Below, piece after piece: positions 1 through 11,281 of a stretch of 64,000 bases of DNA (position 1 is its first letter; each line of letters opens with the position of its first letter). The stretch is from Adineta vaga (Eukaryota > Animalia > Rotifera), in contig CP075493.1 in NCBI GenBank assembly GCA_021613535.1, forward strand, positions 4,030,001 through 4,094,000, read 5' to 3'. The translations under genes and the position numbers were made by a program. The notes beneath the pieces are model-generated. The model was not told the DNA's origin. It ran no database searches and was given only the letters and a program-made list of their open reading frames with translations.

Positions 1-543
1 CATATTCTTCAGTGTTAATGAATTTTTGTGATTGAATAGACGTTAACGTTGGCAAACCACTTTTTACTAAACCATTCGAATGACAAAGAAAACCATCGTT
101 AGTTTCCTTCGGATGTGTCATTATATCTTTCTTATCACCGATGATGAAAATGTCGTTGTTTTTTTCTTCGCTTCTTAACTATTTATTTGTCTACAGAATA
201 AACCAGTCGCACGTGTTTCATACACGATACTGATGTGTCAGTAGTTTTCGATTGTTGTTTTTATTCTGATTCGATTTACGACAGAGAGAGACACAACACG
301 ATCTTTATCAAACTATATTTCATAAGTGAAACCAAATTCCATTGTGTTTAATGTATAATTTGCTTCTTAATTTCTGTCAACTATTGACAATCGAAAATTA
401 AAAAATGTAGATTTTACTTCACAACGATTGTTCATTCGTTGTTCCTTTCCGTTCTCTTACGTCAACAATAAAACGAATTAGAAAAGTACGATTTCACTCT
501 ATTAGAACTTCTTCTTCTTCTTCTTTACATTTACAACGAACTT

Positions 544-1616
544 ATGATGACAACATTAACTACACCATGTACAATATGTGCTAATAAAAGTATTGGAATC
601 TTTAAATGTGAAGGATGTACAAAAGTATTCTGTCGCAAACATGTCAATGAACATCGTGATGATCTTCGTCAACAATTAGATGAAATCATTCATGAACATG
701 ATCAACTTCATCAATTAATTAATCAAACAGAAAATGAATATCATTCATTATTCGATCAAATCACTCAATGGAAAGAAAAAGCTATTGAAAAAATTCATCA
801 AGTTACTGAAAAAATTCGTGCTGATATTATTGAACAGATCCAAGCACAAAAAGGTAATAAGCATTTATTCGATTAGAATTTATGTAACCTTTTTGAACTT
901 TTCTTTTAGAAAGCAATTTACAAACATTAAAATATCTTTCTCGACGTCTTCGAAAAGCTTGTGAAGATGATGATTATATAGAAAATGATCTTCATACTTG
1001 GACAACAACATTACAAGATTTAAAAAGAGATTTACCAACAAATAATTCCTCATTGACTCTTAATGAAGATTCCAATGTAACTTTGATTTCAAACATCAAT
1101 CTCATTTCGACGAAACATCTTACATTTTCAAATGAATATTTTTTACGTTTCATAGGTGATATTGATATCGAAGATAATGGTCTTGTTGCTATTCATGATA
1201 TTCGTAAAAGTAGTGATGCATTTGTATATGGTAAACAATCATATCATCAAGGAAAACATACGATACGTTTTCTCATTACAAAAACAAATGCGAACTATAT
1301 AACAACATTTGGTATTGCATCCGTACAAGCTCAATTATGTGTTTATGGTTGGAATAGTGATGATCAAATAGTTGGCCGTCATCATTCTCATTCAGAATAT
1401 TTATATAATCAATATGACATGAAAGGAGAGACAATTCTAGAAATTGAATTATATATTGATTGTGAACAGAGAAAACTTTCGTATTTAAATCAACGAACAC
1501 AATGTGTAAAAGAAATTCATGTTGATTTAAATTTATGTCCATTTCCATGGCAATTGTACTTCTATTTGTATGATATTGGCGATCGTGTACGTTTGTTAAC
1601 GTCTAATCGAATATAG
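544..1616 (+). CDS. B-box-like zinc finger + coiled coil + SPRY-like domain protein (RING-less TRIM-like), 2 exons
   Basis: CxxC...CxGC...FCxxHxxEH N-terminus followed by helical heptads; intron 854-909 (GTAATA...TTTTAG) joins in frame (KESNLQTLK...) into ORF 1053-1616 with a beta-rich SPRY-like end (YGWNS, IELYIDCEQRKLSY, PFPWQLYFYL). Confidence 0.75.
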
Positions 1617-1874
1617 ACAGACTTCTTTTTACAATTTATACGAAATAAACAAATAACTAGTTAAGATATTAGCGAGTAAATTCTTATAAGAATAATCTTT
1701 TCATACTAGTTATCTCGATTCATAGACTTGTAATTAATTATTTTTAATTTCCGATATATTTCGTAACGGTACAGGCAGATGTTTATCAATAGAACCGATG
1801 TATATATATATATAAGTGCTCGCTAGATTATTTTCATAAAATTTTCGAACTGTATCAAATGAACTCATGAGAAA

Positions 1875-2500
1875 ATGGCATGATTGCATTATTATATGAT
1901 ATTTTAATAAATCTCAATAGTTATTTTGGTGTATTTTGTTTTACTGGTAATATACTAAATATTCTTGTTCTGTATTAACGAAATCTTCTTTATAATTCTT
2001 GTGAATTGTTTTTTTCTATTCTATTTAGATTAACTACTTGAATATTATCGAGTTGGGATTTAGATCAAACACCCTAGCTATTGATTAGTTATGTAAATTA
2101 CGATCATTTGTCGTTTTTTCATCTCGAACAATTACGTTTTAGTCAATTACATTTGCTATTATCGATCGATGGCGTCGAACTCAACGACATATACACAGAA
2201 TAAGTCATACTATTGAATTGAAAATAAGACAAAGAGACAAATTAATGCAAAGAAAGATTGATCATCATCTTTTAAAAATGCTTTTAGTAGAAATTCTTCT
2301 TCTAATTCTATTATTATTTCCTCAAGCAATACAAAAACTATACACAACAATATCTTTTACAGCAAATAAATCGATCGATAATCAAATCTTCAATAATTTC
2401 GCTTTATTATTAGCATGTGTTGCCAATGGAATACTATTTTATATTTTGTACACTATTTGGTAGAAAGATCTTCCGAGAAATATTAATTAAACTTTTTATT
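1875..2500 (+). pseudogene. decayed rhodopsin-like GPCR, paralogue of 3625-4599
   Basis: Fragments GNILNILVL, LCKLRSFVVFSSRT, IDRW, KIDHHLLKMLLVEILLLILLLFPQAIQKLY match the neighbouring intact GPCR but are broken by stops, frameshifts and deletions. Confidence 0.7.
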
Positions 2501-3624
2501 AAATATAATCCAAAGAAAATTGTCTGCGATAAATCGTTACAACTGACAGAACATGTTGAATAGGCATATAAAGTGTAAGGGATTAAATTTGAAGAGCCTC
2601 ATATATATATATATATATAAGAGATATAATGAGGATATGGTTGGAGCTGCTCAATTTCGAAATTAATCAGTGCAGACAGCACGTGTCTTTGAACCTACAA
2701 TGTGCGATTATGTTTAGAATAAGGCCAAAAAAAAGATTCATTTATATAATAGAAATTCTGTTTTGATTGTATTCACATAGCAGAAATACATTGAAAGCAT
2801 TTGTTTGGCATTGGTGCTATCAATAGTGAATTGAATGAAAATGAACGTGATATTTTTTAGAGTTCATACGGTTTGTTCTATTATTTTATATAAAATCTAC
2901 TTCTAACTTTTGATAAAATGATTCTGCATGTTAATTTCTATATTTTTCCATTCTCAAATTTAAATCTTACAAAAACCAGTAGATGTTTTCTAGTCGGATT
3001 CATCTCATTGATCTTGAACAATATGTTGATACACATGAAAATAGAAACGAGTTATTAAAAAACCATCATTTCAATTAAATATCAATTCAATGTCTTGTTA
3101 AACATGTTTCAAACAATTAACGATATTATTTGTTATTTGAGTGCGTTATGTCAAAGAAATTCTTTTCTCTAATACAGATTTTTTTTCACAGGGGTTTGTT
3201 TCCGCATAAGATTATATTGACAAACGTCATTATTATTCTTTCTTCATTGAGTGCAATGGATCTTTGACTATGGGTATCGATCGATCAATTATGATGACAT
3301 GAATAAGATTTATTCGAATTGATTAGTTTGATATTATGTGATGTTAGAAAAAAGTAAGTCTATTTTTAAATTCATTTATTTAAAGTCGATAGATAATCAA
3401 AATAAAGGTCAAAGTCGACCTCTTAGAAGACTTTTCTATAACTCATCCTTTTGTCTAAGTGTTTGTTTCCTCTTTCTTTCTTTCTTTCTTTCTATATTTA
3501 CATTAATGCACAACATATTTACATTTCTTTTGTTACTTTTCATCTTATTTGATTTCTTGCCGTCGAGAAGATGAATCTCCGAAGAAGTTCGTCAAGTTAA
3601 TTATTATTTTTCTTTTAGAAAATC

Positions 3625-4599
3625 ATGCTTTCATCGAACATAACTTCAATTACTTTTATTCTAAATGATACAATATTAAAAATCAATTGTTATTTTTCCA
3701 TATTTTTATTAGTATTTGGTGTTATAGGAAATCTTTTGAATACATTTGTTTTATCTCAACGATCATTACGTTCAAATACATGTGCCTGGTTATTTTTCAT
3801 TTCATCAATATTTAATCTTATTTCAATTCTTTCTGGTTTACCAACACGAGTTTTATCAACTTGGACAATTGTTCTTACTGATCGAATTGAATGGTTATGT
3901 AAAATTCGAGTCTTTCTTGTTCTTACATCTCGAACAGTTGCAGCATGGTTAATTATGTTTGCAACATTCGATCGATGGTTATTATCTTGTCGACATATCC
4001 GCTATCGACGTTTGAGTAAATTAAAAAATGCTAAACGTGGAATGTTATTGATTTTAATTCTTTCATGTTGTCTTTATTCATCGATATTTTACTGTTATGA
4101 AGTTAATCTTCAAAATACACCATTGATATGTTACAGTCAAACGTTAACATGTCGAATTCTATCCGATCAAATTTATCTTTGTTTTACAGTTTTAATTCCA
4201 ACAATTCTCATGATTTTCTTTGGATTTTTAACATTATCAAATATTCGACGAATGCATCATCGAATTCAAATACCTATTCTATGTGATTTCAATAAACCAA
4301 TGATTAAAACTCAACAACGATTTAAATTAATTGATCGTCATCTCTTCATAATGCTTCTTGTTCAAATTGGCTTTTTTATTCTATTTACTTTTCCACAAGG
4401 TATTGAAATGATCTATTTAACAATAACAAGAAATGATTTCAAATCCTCCATACAACTTACAATTGAAAATTCGATTTTTACATTAACTCTTTCTTTAACT
4501 TATTTAGCAAGTGGAATGCCATTTTATATTTATACAATCAGTGGTGGACGTAGTTTTCAACAAGCATTTTTTCAATTCATCGCACGTTGTTTTGTTTAA
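3625..4599 (+). CDS. class A (rhodopsin-like) GPCR, intronless
   Basis: 324 aa, seven hydrophobic segments, GN in TM1, C at the start of TM3, FDRW (DRY variant), PFYIY in TM7. Confidence 0.9.
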   Translation: MLSSNITSITFILNDTILKINCYFSIFLLVFGVIGNLLNTFVLSQRSLRSNTCAWLFFISSIFNLISILSGLPTRVLSTWTIVLTDRIEWLCKIRVFLVLTSRTVAAWLIMFATFDRWLLSCRHIRYRRLSKLKNAKRGMLLILILSCCLYSSIFYCYEVNLQNTPLICYSQTLTCRILSDQIYLCFTVLIPTILMIFFGFLTLSNIRRMHHRIQIPILCDFNKPMIKTQQRFKLIDRHLFIMLLVQIGFFILFTFPQGIEMIYLTITRNDFKSSIQLTIENSIFTLTLSLTYLASGMPFYIYTISGGRSFQQAFFQFIARCFV

Positions 4600-4768
4600 T
4601 TAATTTAGGCAATTTATTATGTCGTTTTTTTTGTATTTAATCAATAGGTAATGAAATTTATCTCGGTGTTTTTGAGAAAAACATAGGTGTGACAATACTT
4701 TCAGTAATCATTTTATTCTTGCGTAAAAGAAAAATAAAAAGAATAGGATCATTTCGATCTTTATACAA

Positions 4769-5338
4769 TCATAATTTAGATTTCAAATTTGGCAAAGTTA
4801 GTTTATAATTATCTGAAAAATTTTGCATATAGAATGAAAATTTCGGTGATTGAATTGATCCTCGTTTAAGATCATCAATTAACATTTGTGGTGTTAAATG
4901 ACGTGGAGTTAATGCCATTCGAACTAATAAGGAGAAAACTTTTTCTTGATTCTTGTCAAGAATAATGAATTGTTCGAAATAAAAAGCATGATCATCCCAT
5001 CCATGAAGACGTGTTCCTATCTGAAATTTATCACCTAATTCAATACTTTGACGATATTGAACTTGAAATGCACTAACAAGAAGATTTGCATCTTTCATAT
5101 TCGTATTTCTTCGTGCAAGTAAAACTTTCCATAGACCAGTTTCAATTAAAAACGTTGTTCGACCAAAATCACATTCTCGTAAGTATCGAGAATTATTCAT
5201 ATGCCAATTAATATCAAGATCACTTAACCAACATTGACCATCAATAACATAATCATCGAATAAATCTCCATCCTTTTTCGTTCCTTTATATCGTTTCAAT
5301 AGAAATATTGTACGAAGAAAATATCCAATATCTAACAT
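4769..5338 (-). CDS. THEM6: THEM6-like thioesterase (hotdog fold)
   Basis: SDLDINWHMNNSRYLRECDFGR motif, QYRQSI and GWDDHAFYFEQ typical of THEM6. Confidence 0.8.
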   Translation of the reverse strand: MLDIGYFLRTIFLLKRYKGTKKDGDLFDDYVIDGQCWLSDLDINWHMNNSRYLRECDFGRTTFLIETGLWKVLLARRNTNMKDANLLVSAFQVQYRQSIELGDKFQIGTRLHGWDDHAFYFEQFIILDKNQEKVFSLLVRMALTPRHLTPQMLIDDLKRGSIQSPKFSFYMQNFSDNYKLTLPNLKSKL

Positions 5339-5622
5339 GATGATCTCTTATCATCCAAAAATCAAATGAACTGAACTTAGTTAGTAGTTCGTTTCGTTCG
5401 TACTCTTTTTTTTTATCTGAATGAAAACGGTTTATATATCTATTGACTATTTAACATCACCAATGAATAATAAGAGGTCGCACTTAGACGACAGACTTTC
5501 ATCTTTCGAGTATAATGTTGAGTCGTAAATTTAATCAACGCATTTTCATTAAATAATATTATTACTCAAATGGCGCATAGATGGTCATTGTTCAATTGAT
5601 TTTTTTTTCGTTTATTAAATAA

Positions 5623-6429
5623 ATGTTTATCCTTCGATGTTTTTTCTTCTTTTCATTACTAATTCATAACACTATGCAAAACAATATTTCTGATATAATG
5701 AATAACTTCGATTTACGAATGAAACGAGCTAATGTTAGAAAAACTTATCAAGCCAATAGGAAAATAAAATCATCAATGAAAAACAATCAACAAAAGAGTA
5801 GTTTAGTTATTGAAAGTATTATATTTCAGAAAAATCATAGTAAGCATAATTACAAATTATTCTGAAATTCGTATTGTTGCTTTAAAAAAAGTCTTCAGTG
5901 TACGCGATGCTACAGAAGCAATACTGTTCGTAGACGAACTAGAGAATGTTTTGAACGATATGAGTGCAACTTGATTTTAAGATGATTTCAGTTCCATTCA
6001 ATCATTTCTATCATAGATAGTTATTCATTCACAACAACGAACACACCATTCGTGACTAACATACTCGATTTTAAGCAATTTCATAGAACATTATCCACTA
6101 TTAGTATTGGAACAGTGACTACTACAATGATAGACTCGTAGGTAGAAAATGATATTGCTTTTTGTATCAATCATCAATGTTTATTTATGTTTAGTCTTCC
6201 GAAACAAAATACTTTATCTCTTGATAAATGTATTTATCTTCTATTCGGCTTGATTATATTCATATTTGGAATTGTAATTCTCATTAAATATCTAAAACAA
6301 CGACAAAAATCTTCGACTGTATCAGCAAATGAAACGATTTTCTACGAACAAAATAATTATGACAGTCCAGAAACGATACATGAGGGTAGATTTATGATAA
6401 ATACTGAAAGTGAGTCATCGATCGTTTAA
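5623..6429 (+). CDS. putative small single-pass type I membrane protein, multi-exon
   Basis: Signal-like MFILRCFFFFSLLI, Cys-containing segment ~5899-5980 (CTRCYRSNTVRRRTRECFERYEC), Thr-rich stalk, TM (CIYLLFGLIIFIFGIVILI) followed by KYLKQRQK; exon joins uncertain. Confidence 0.4.
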
Positions 6430-6958
6430 TGGTAATAATACCAATGTAAACTAGGTACTTTTTTCTACATTAATTTGTACCTAAAGGTAAATATGCATCC
6501 GATTTATTTAAAAAACATTTCTTATTTCCTTTTCATACACAGGGCGTGTTGTGTTGTTAAAATGCATAATTTCTATTAGAAAAGATTGAAAATAGAGAAA
6601 AAAACGTTCATCTTTACATTGACGCAGTTTTTTCAGTAATGAATAAAGCTAAAATTTTATTTATACTATTTATTAGTTGGCCATTTCGAAATCATTCTTA
6701 TTCCAAAAATAAATTTGTACATTTTCTTATTTCTTTGTAACCGAATATTACCTGACAAAAAATATCATTTCTTGCTCGTTCTATCTAAATTCATAAGGCC
6801 AGTCGCGACATGGATAATATCGACACATTATATTTCCACGCTTGAATAAAAGGACAGAAAAGAAAAGTTTACATTTTTTCTTGCCAGCTTTTTATTCATT
6901 CTCTATCTATATCTTCCGTGATATTTTTCATATTGATATTCTGTGCATTAGAATCGTT

Positions 6959-8140
6959 ATGTTCAGTTCGTTGTTTTTTATCACTGGTGGAATGATTTTG
7001 ATGTTAGTGGTGACGATGCCAATGATCGATAATAATCTTTCACCATTGTCACGTTCATCGCGTATAAAATTAATACATCGATTAAGTACAATAAGGAATC
7101 TAATAGCTCCATTTTCAAATCCTCGAGTAGCAGGAATGGATGCTGATTCTAAAGCATTAGAAGAACTGTTGGAAATATTTTATCCTCAACTTCGTTTGAG
7201 TAATAATGCTTCTTCTCATGAAATACAAATATTTCGGCAGCGAGCAAAACAAATGTTTTCGAGTTTATATCCAACTCCATCACCAACATGTGTTGTACAA
7301 GCTCATATTTTTAAATATGATAATGTTCCAATTAATATGTATCTTATTCAACATCATCGAATTGATGATTGGAAAAATTCGAATAAACCGTTGATCTTAT
7401 ATTTTCATGGAGGTGGTTTCATTTTTGGTGGTATTAATATCTATTCCGGACTTGAATGTCATCTCTCTGAACAAATGAATATGCTTATTCTCCATGTAGA
7501 ATTCGATCTTGTACCAGAAAATAATCTTGAAGATATATTGATTGATGCTATTGATGTTTATAAAGTTTTACTTAGTGTTGATCCAAATATTCACAAACGA
7601 TTGATTGGAATGGGTGATTCATCGGGTGGTATGCTTTGGATTCATCTTTTACAATGGATAGTTTCGAATAAACTTCCTGTTCCACAAGGTGTTGTTTTAC
7701 ATTCACCATGGCCAAGTTTAAATTTTAATAACATTGATTATTCAGATGATGCAGCTGTTTATTTAAAAATAGATATGATGTTAAGTTTTAGACAAATAGC
7801 TATTGGTAAAAATAATATTTGGACAAATTTAACCGAAGAAGAAAAACGAAAATTTAGTCCAAAGGATGGATCATATGAAGGATTTCCTCCTCTTTTTATA
7901 ACGTCCGGTTCAGACGATATCTTCATTTATGAAATTAATTCTATGATCACAAATGCACAAAAAGCTAATGTACAAGTAACTTTTGAAGAAGCTGAAGGAA
8001 TGATGCATGCATATCCATTATATCATTTATGGTCAGCAAAAGCTCTATGTATTCAAAAACAAATGCGACAATGGATTAATGAACGATTGTCTTTATCAAT
8101 TTCCATCACAAAAAAACAGTTAGAAGATTTTTGTGAATGA
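6959..8140 (+). CDS. hormone-sensitive-lipase family alpha/beta hydrolase (esterase), intronless
   Basis: HGGG oxyanion motif (YFHGGGF), nucleophile elbow GDSSGG, Asp (GSDD) and His (GMMH) positions; hydrophobic N-terminus from ATG 6959. Confidence 0.88.
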   Translation: MFSSLFFITGGMILMLVVTMPMIDNNLSPLSRSSRIKLIHRLSTIRNLIAPFSNPRVAGMDADSKALEELLEIFYPQLRLSNNASSHEIQIFRQRAKQMFSSLYPTPSPTCVVQAHIFKYDNVPINMYLIQHHRIDDWKNSNKPLILYFHGGGFIFGGINIYSGLECHLSEQMNMLILHVEFDLVPENNLEDILIDAIDVYKVLLSVDPNIHKRLIGMGDSSGGMLWIHLLQWIVSNKLPVPQGVVLHSPWPSLNFNNIDYSDDAAVYLKIDMMLSFRQIAIGKNNIWTNLTEEEKRKFSPKDGSYEGFPPLFITSGSDDIFIYEINSMITNAQKANVQVTFEEAEGMMHAYPLYHLWSAKALCIQKQMRQWINERLSLSISITKKQLEDFCE

Positions 8141-8278
8141 ACTATTGTTAAGAAAGTATCGAATTTTTACTTAAAAACAATGAATAAATTGAAAAAAAAA
8201 ATAATTTCGTACATATTTCATTCGATTTTCTTCGTTGTTCATAGAAAAGAAAAGAGATACAAAATGTATTTATCAGTT

Positions 8279-10789
8279 TTAGCATTTGACGACAAGTGAT
8301 GGCTCATTAACTAATGTTCTACCTTGAACAACTGCTTTTGCTGCTAAATTATTGTGTAATGATGTGTGTCGAGTTGGATTCTGTCCGACGTGTTCTTTGG
8401 CACGTTCCAAACTAGAAAAAAAGAGATTCAATTTGATTCGAAGATTTTCAACGGTCGCATGGCCCAATGGTTAAGGCACCCGCCTACGGAGCGGGGGATT
8501 CCAGGTTCGAATCCTGGTGTGATCGGTTTCTTTTTTTCTTCAATTTATTTCAATTATCCTATTCTTATATATATATATATACGAATTAGTAATGAATGAA
8601 AAGATTGCCTGAGAGTTCTCTTGCTTTTCTTCAAATAACTGATTATTTTTTGGACTAATTAAGCTTAACTAATAAGTATAAGAAATGATTCGATTTCTCC
8701 TGTTGGATTGAGAGATATGTAAAATAGAATTCCTATGATTTTCTTAAGATTAAATCGTACTAATATTCGTAGAACCTCGTCATTTCATTACTTCCCTATT
8801 CTTTCGATAGTATAGGCATCAATATGATCAGTGATTGCGATATGTACTTAGATTGTTTGATAAACGTGAGAGTTCCTTCGTTCCTTTCAGAGCTGGGTAA
8901 CTTAATTCAATTCATTTTTTCAGTGGATGAATTCCGTTGAATTGAATTAAATTGAGCTGCTTTTTAGTTGAGCTGTCCTGCTCTGGTTATTTCACAACGG
9001 TCGCATGGCCCAATGGTTAAGGCACCCGCCTACGGAGCGGGGGATTCCAGGTTCGAATCCTGGTGTGATCGGTTTCTTTTTTTGTCTTTTTTACTTCGAT
9101 TTATTTCTTTTTAGAAAAAGCGTTTCACTGACTAAGCGAAATTTTAATTATCCTATTCATACGTATACAGATCAGTAGGGAATGAAATGATTTCCTGAAA
9201 ACTCTTATTTTTTTCTCCTATTGTACTGAGAGATGTTTCAAATAGAACTCTTACGGCTTTCCTAACCCTTATCTAACACGGTATTCTGATAACTTTTCTT
9301 CATTTTATTCTTTTTTTCTGATTTCCATCAAAAGATTCAAAAGAAGAATTAAGAAATGATCTTGTATGATGATCTAGGCAGGAAGAAAAATATGAATCAA
9401 AACAATGCTTAGCAACTTTTCTATCACGGAATGCAATGTCGGAGTAAAAATACTTTCATGCATACTTCTAGTTATTTTATCATATGAGTGACATTGAAAT
9501 GCATATCTAGGAGACGAGGAATTGATCTATTATTATTCGAGAAAAGCTATATATAAAACTATATCTGGAGTACGAACGAACCATTGGAGTGAAACGAAGG
9601 GTTAAGATGAAATCTTATGCTATTATTCTTTCAATCTCATCATTACCTCACTTGTCTTTTCTTTCGATAGTATAGACATCTATATGGTCAGTGAATACGA
9701 TGTTTACTTTAGTTGTCTGATAAATGTGAGAATTCTTTCGTTCTTTCACAACGGTCGCATGGCCCAATGGTTAAGGCACCCGCCTACGGAGCGGGGGATT
9801 CCAGGTTCGAATCCTGGTGTGATCGAGTTTATCTTTTATTAGTTTTTTTTTGCTGTCGTTCAATACATACTCTGTCTTTTTACTTCGATCAACTGCTGTT
9901 CGAAGTACGAACTGATCGCCATATTCAGATATATGTGGCCATTTTCCTTTTGCCGTTCGATATTGATCTTGTTGTTGAGCATATTGTTGGTCATATTCAG
10001 CAGTTGTTTTTAACTGTATTGAATCAAGTATATGACGACGATTTAATGGCATTTCTGAACCAAACCATGTCGTATCATCTTGAATATAATATTAAAGAAA
10101 ATATTTATTGATTTTCGTAATTTCTTATATTGTTAACTTACATCCATTTCGTTGAAGAAAATATCCATCATTAGGTCTTCCATGATCAAAAATGATTTGA
10201 CCAGCACGTGCTGTTGGTGCTCGACGATACATATCAATAGAAACATATCTTTCAACTGGTACAGTATCACGTAATTGTTTTAAAGTTCGATCACCAGCAC
10301 GATTTGGATACCATTTTGGAAAGGCATCTGCTGTACAACCATTATATTGTTCAGGTAATTTCCATGTATGAGCTTGTGGAGTTATAAATGTGTAGTCTGT
10401 ACCACCGCCAACAGTACCACCTGTACGAAGATGACTCATCGGAACTGAATCTGTTTGACGTTGACGATAACAACGAAATGCTCCAGTTGCTGTTGAATTA
10501 CGAGCTTTATTGAAAAATAATGGACTATCAGTACTTTCAATGCTTGATTCTTGTTCTTTCGATAAACAAGTATAAGGATCATTAGGTGTTCGTGGACGAA
10601 GACCTTCTTGAGTATACTATACAAGAATGCATACATGAGAAAAACATTTTTTTACAACAAAATTTTGTTGTTTACTTTAGAATATGGTTTGATCAACGTT
10701 GTTTTTGCTCGTAATATAGCTTGACCGTACTGATTGATCTCATTTTGAGTATTTGTATTTCCTTTTTCATTAGAAGTCATATTCGTCAT
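8279..10789 (-). CDS. uncharacterised 4-exon protein; last intron hosts three tRNAs
   Basis: ATG 10789; exons join in frame (exon 2 ends 10142, exon 3 10078-9871, exon 4 8411-8279 giving ...KKT-D-LERAKEHVGQ...VVKC*); donor GTATGT at 9870 and acceptor TTTTTTCTAG at 8412. Confidence 0.7.
8453..8525 (+). tRNA. tRNA-Arg(ACG) copy 1
   Basis: Acceptor stem GGTCGCA/TGTGATC, anticodon arm CCCGC-CTACGGA-GCGGG, T-arm CCAGG-TTCGAAT-CCTGG, downstream T-run. Confidence 0.95.
8888..8985. mobile_element. ~98 bp MITE-like insertion
   Basis: Ends CAGAGCTGG.../...CCTGCTCTG, perfect internal 13-bp inverted repeat TTAATTCAATTCA/TGAATTGAATTAA; absent from the homologous flank of tRNA copy 3 (9661-9752). Confidence 0.55.
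8999..9071 (+). tRNA. tRNA-Arg(ACG) copy 2
   Basis: Identical to copy 1. Confidence 0.95.
9753..9825 (+). tRNA. tRNA-Arg(ACG) copy 3
   Basis: Identical to copy 1. Confidence 0.95.
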
Positions 10790-11281
10790 TGATGTTACTA
10801 AAACTGATTGACAAAAAATAGACGATTTACTTTATCATATAAAAACGAATTTATAGAAACCATTTGCAATTACATTGCTTGGTAATATCCTTTAGTACAT
10901 GAATGATCAAATTGGTGTAAAGAAAATCACTTGTGAGATAAAAAATATCAGTAAATCTATCGTGAAGATTTTTCTTTAAATACTAGAAAATTTCATTCAT
11001 TCTTTAATAGATGGCACTAGTTGTTATGATAATTTCTTTCAAAAGTTCTATATTTTCAAACAATAATCATCTGATTACAATAAACTAACTAAAATATAAG
11101 TTTTTCGTACTTCTGGTGAGCGAAGTTTTTCAATTATACAATGATTCTAGTTTTCGATGAATAATATCGATTATTCATGCGACCTTCTCGCTTTACTCTA
11201 TCGAAAAAAACAATATTGATAACTATATCACCATTTAGGTAATATCATACATATATTATTATTCATTTTTTTTCTCTGATC

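Noticed and set aside
6842-6958. TTG-initiated N-terminal extension of the esterase ORF
   Set aside because: Eukaryotic gene; the first ATG at 6959 precedes a hydrophobic leader
8453-9825. Three identical repeats with spacers as a CRISPR-like array
   Set aside because: The repeats are 73-nt tRNAs with 470-680 bp spacers; eukaryotic context and no cas genes
9771-9870. Apparent protein C-terminus overlapping tRNA copy 3
   Set aside because: A consensus donor at 9870 and an in-frame terminal exon at 8411-8279 explain it better as intron
8366-10111. Plus-strand ORFs 8366-8599 and 9713-10111
   Set aside because: Chance read-through of tRNA sequence and antisense exons
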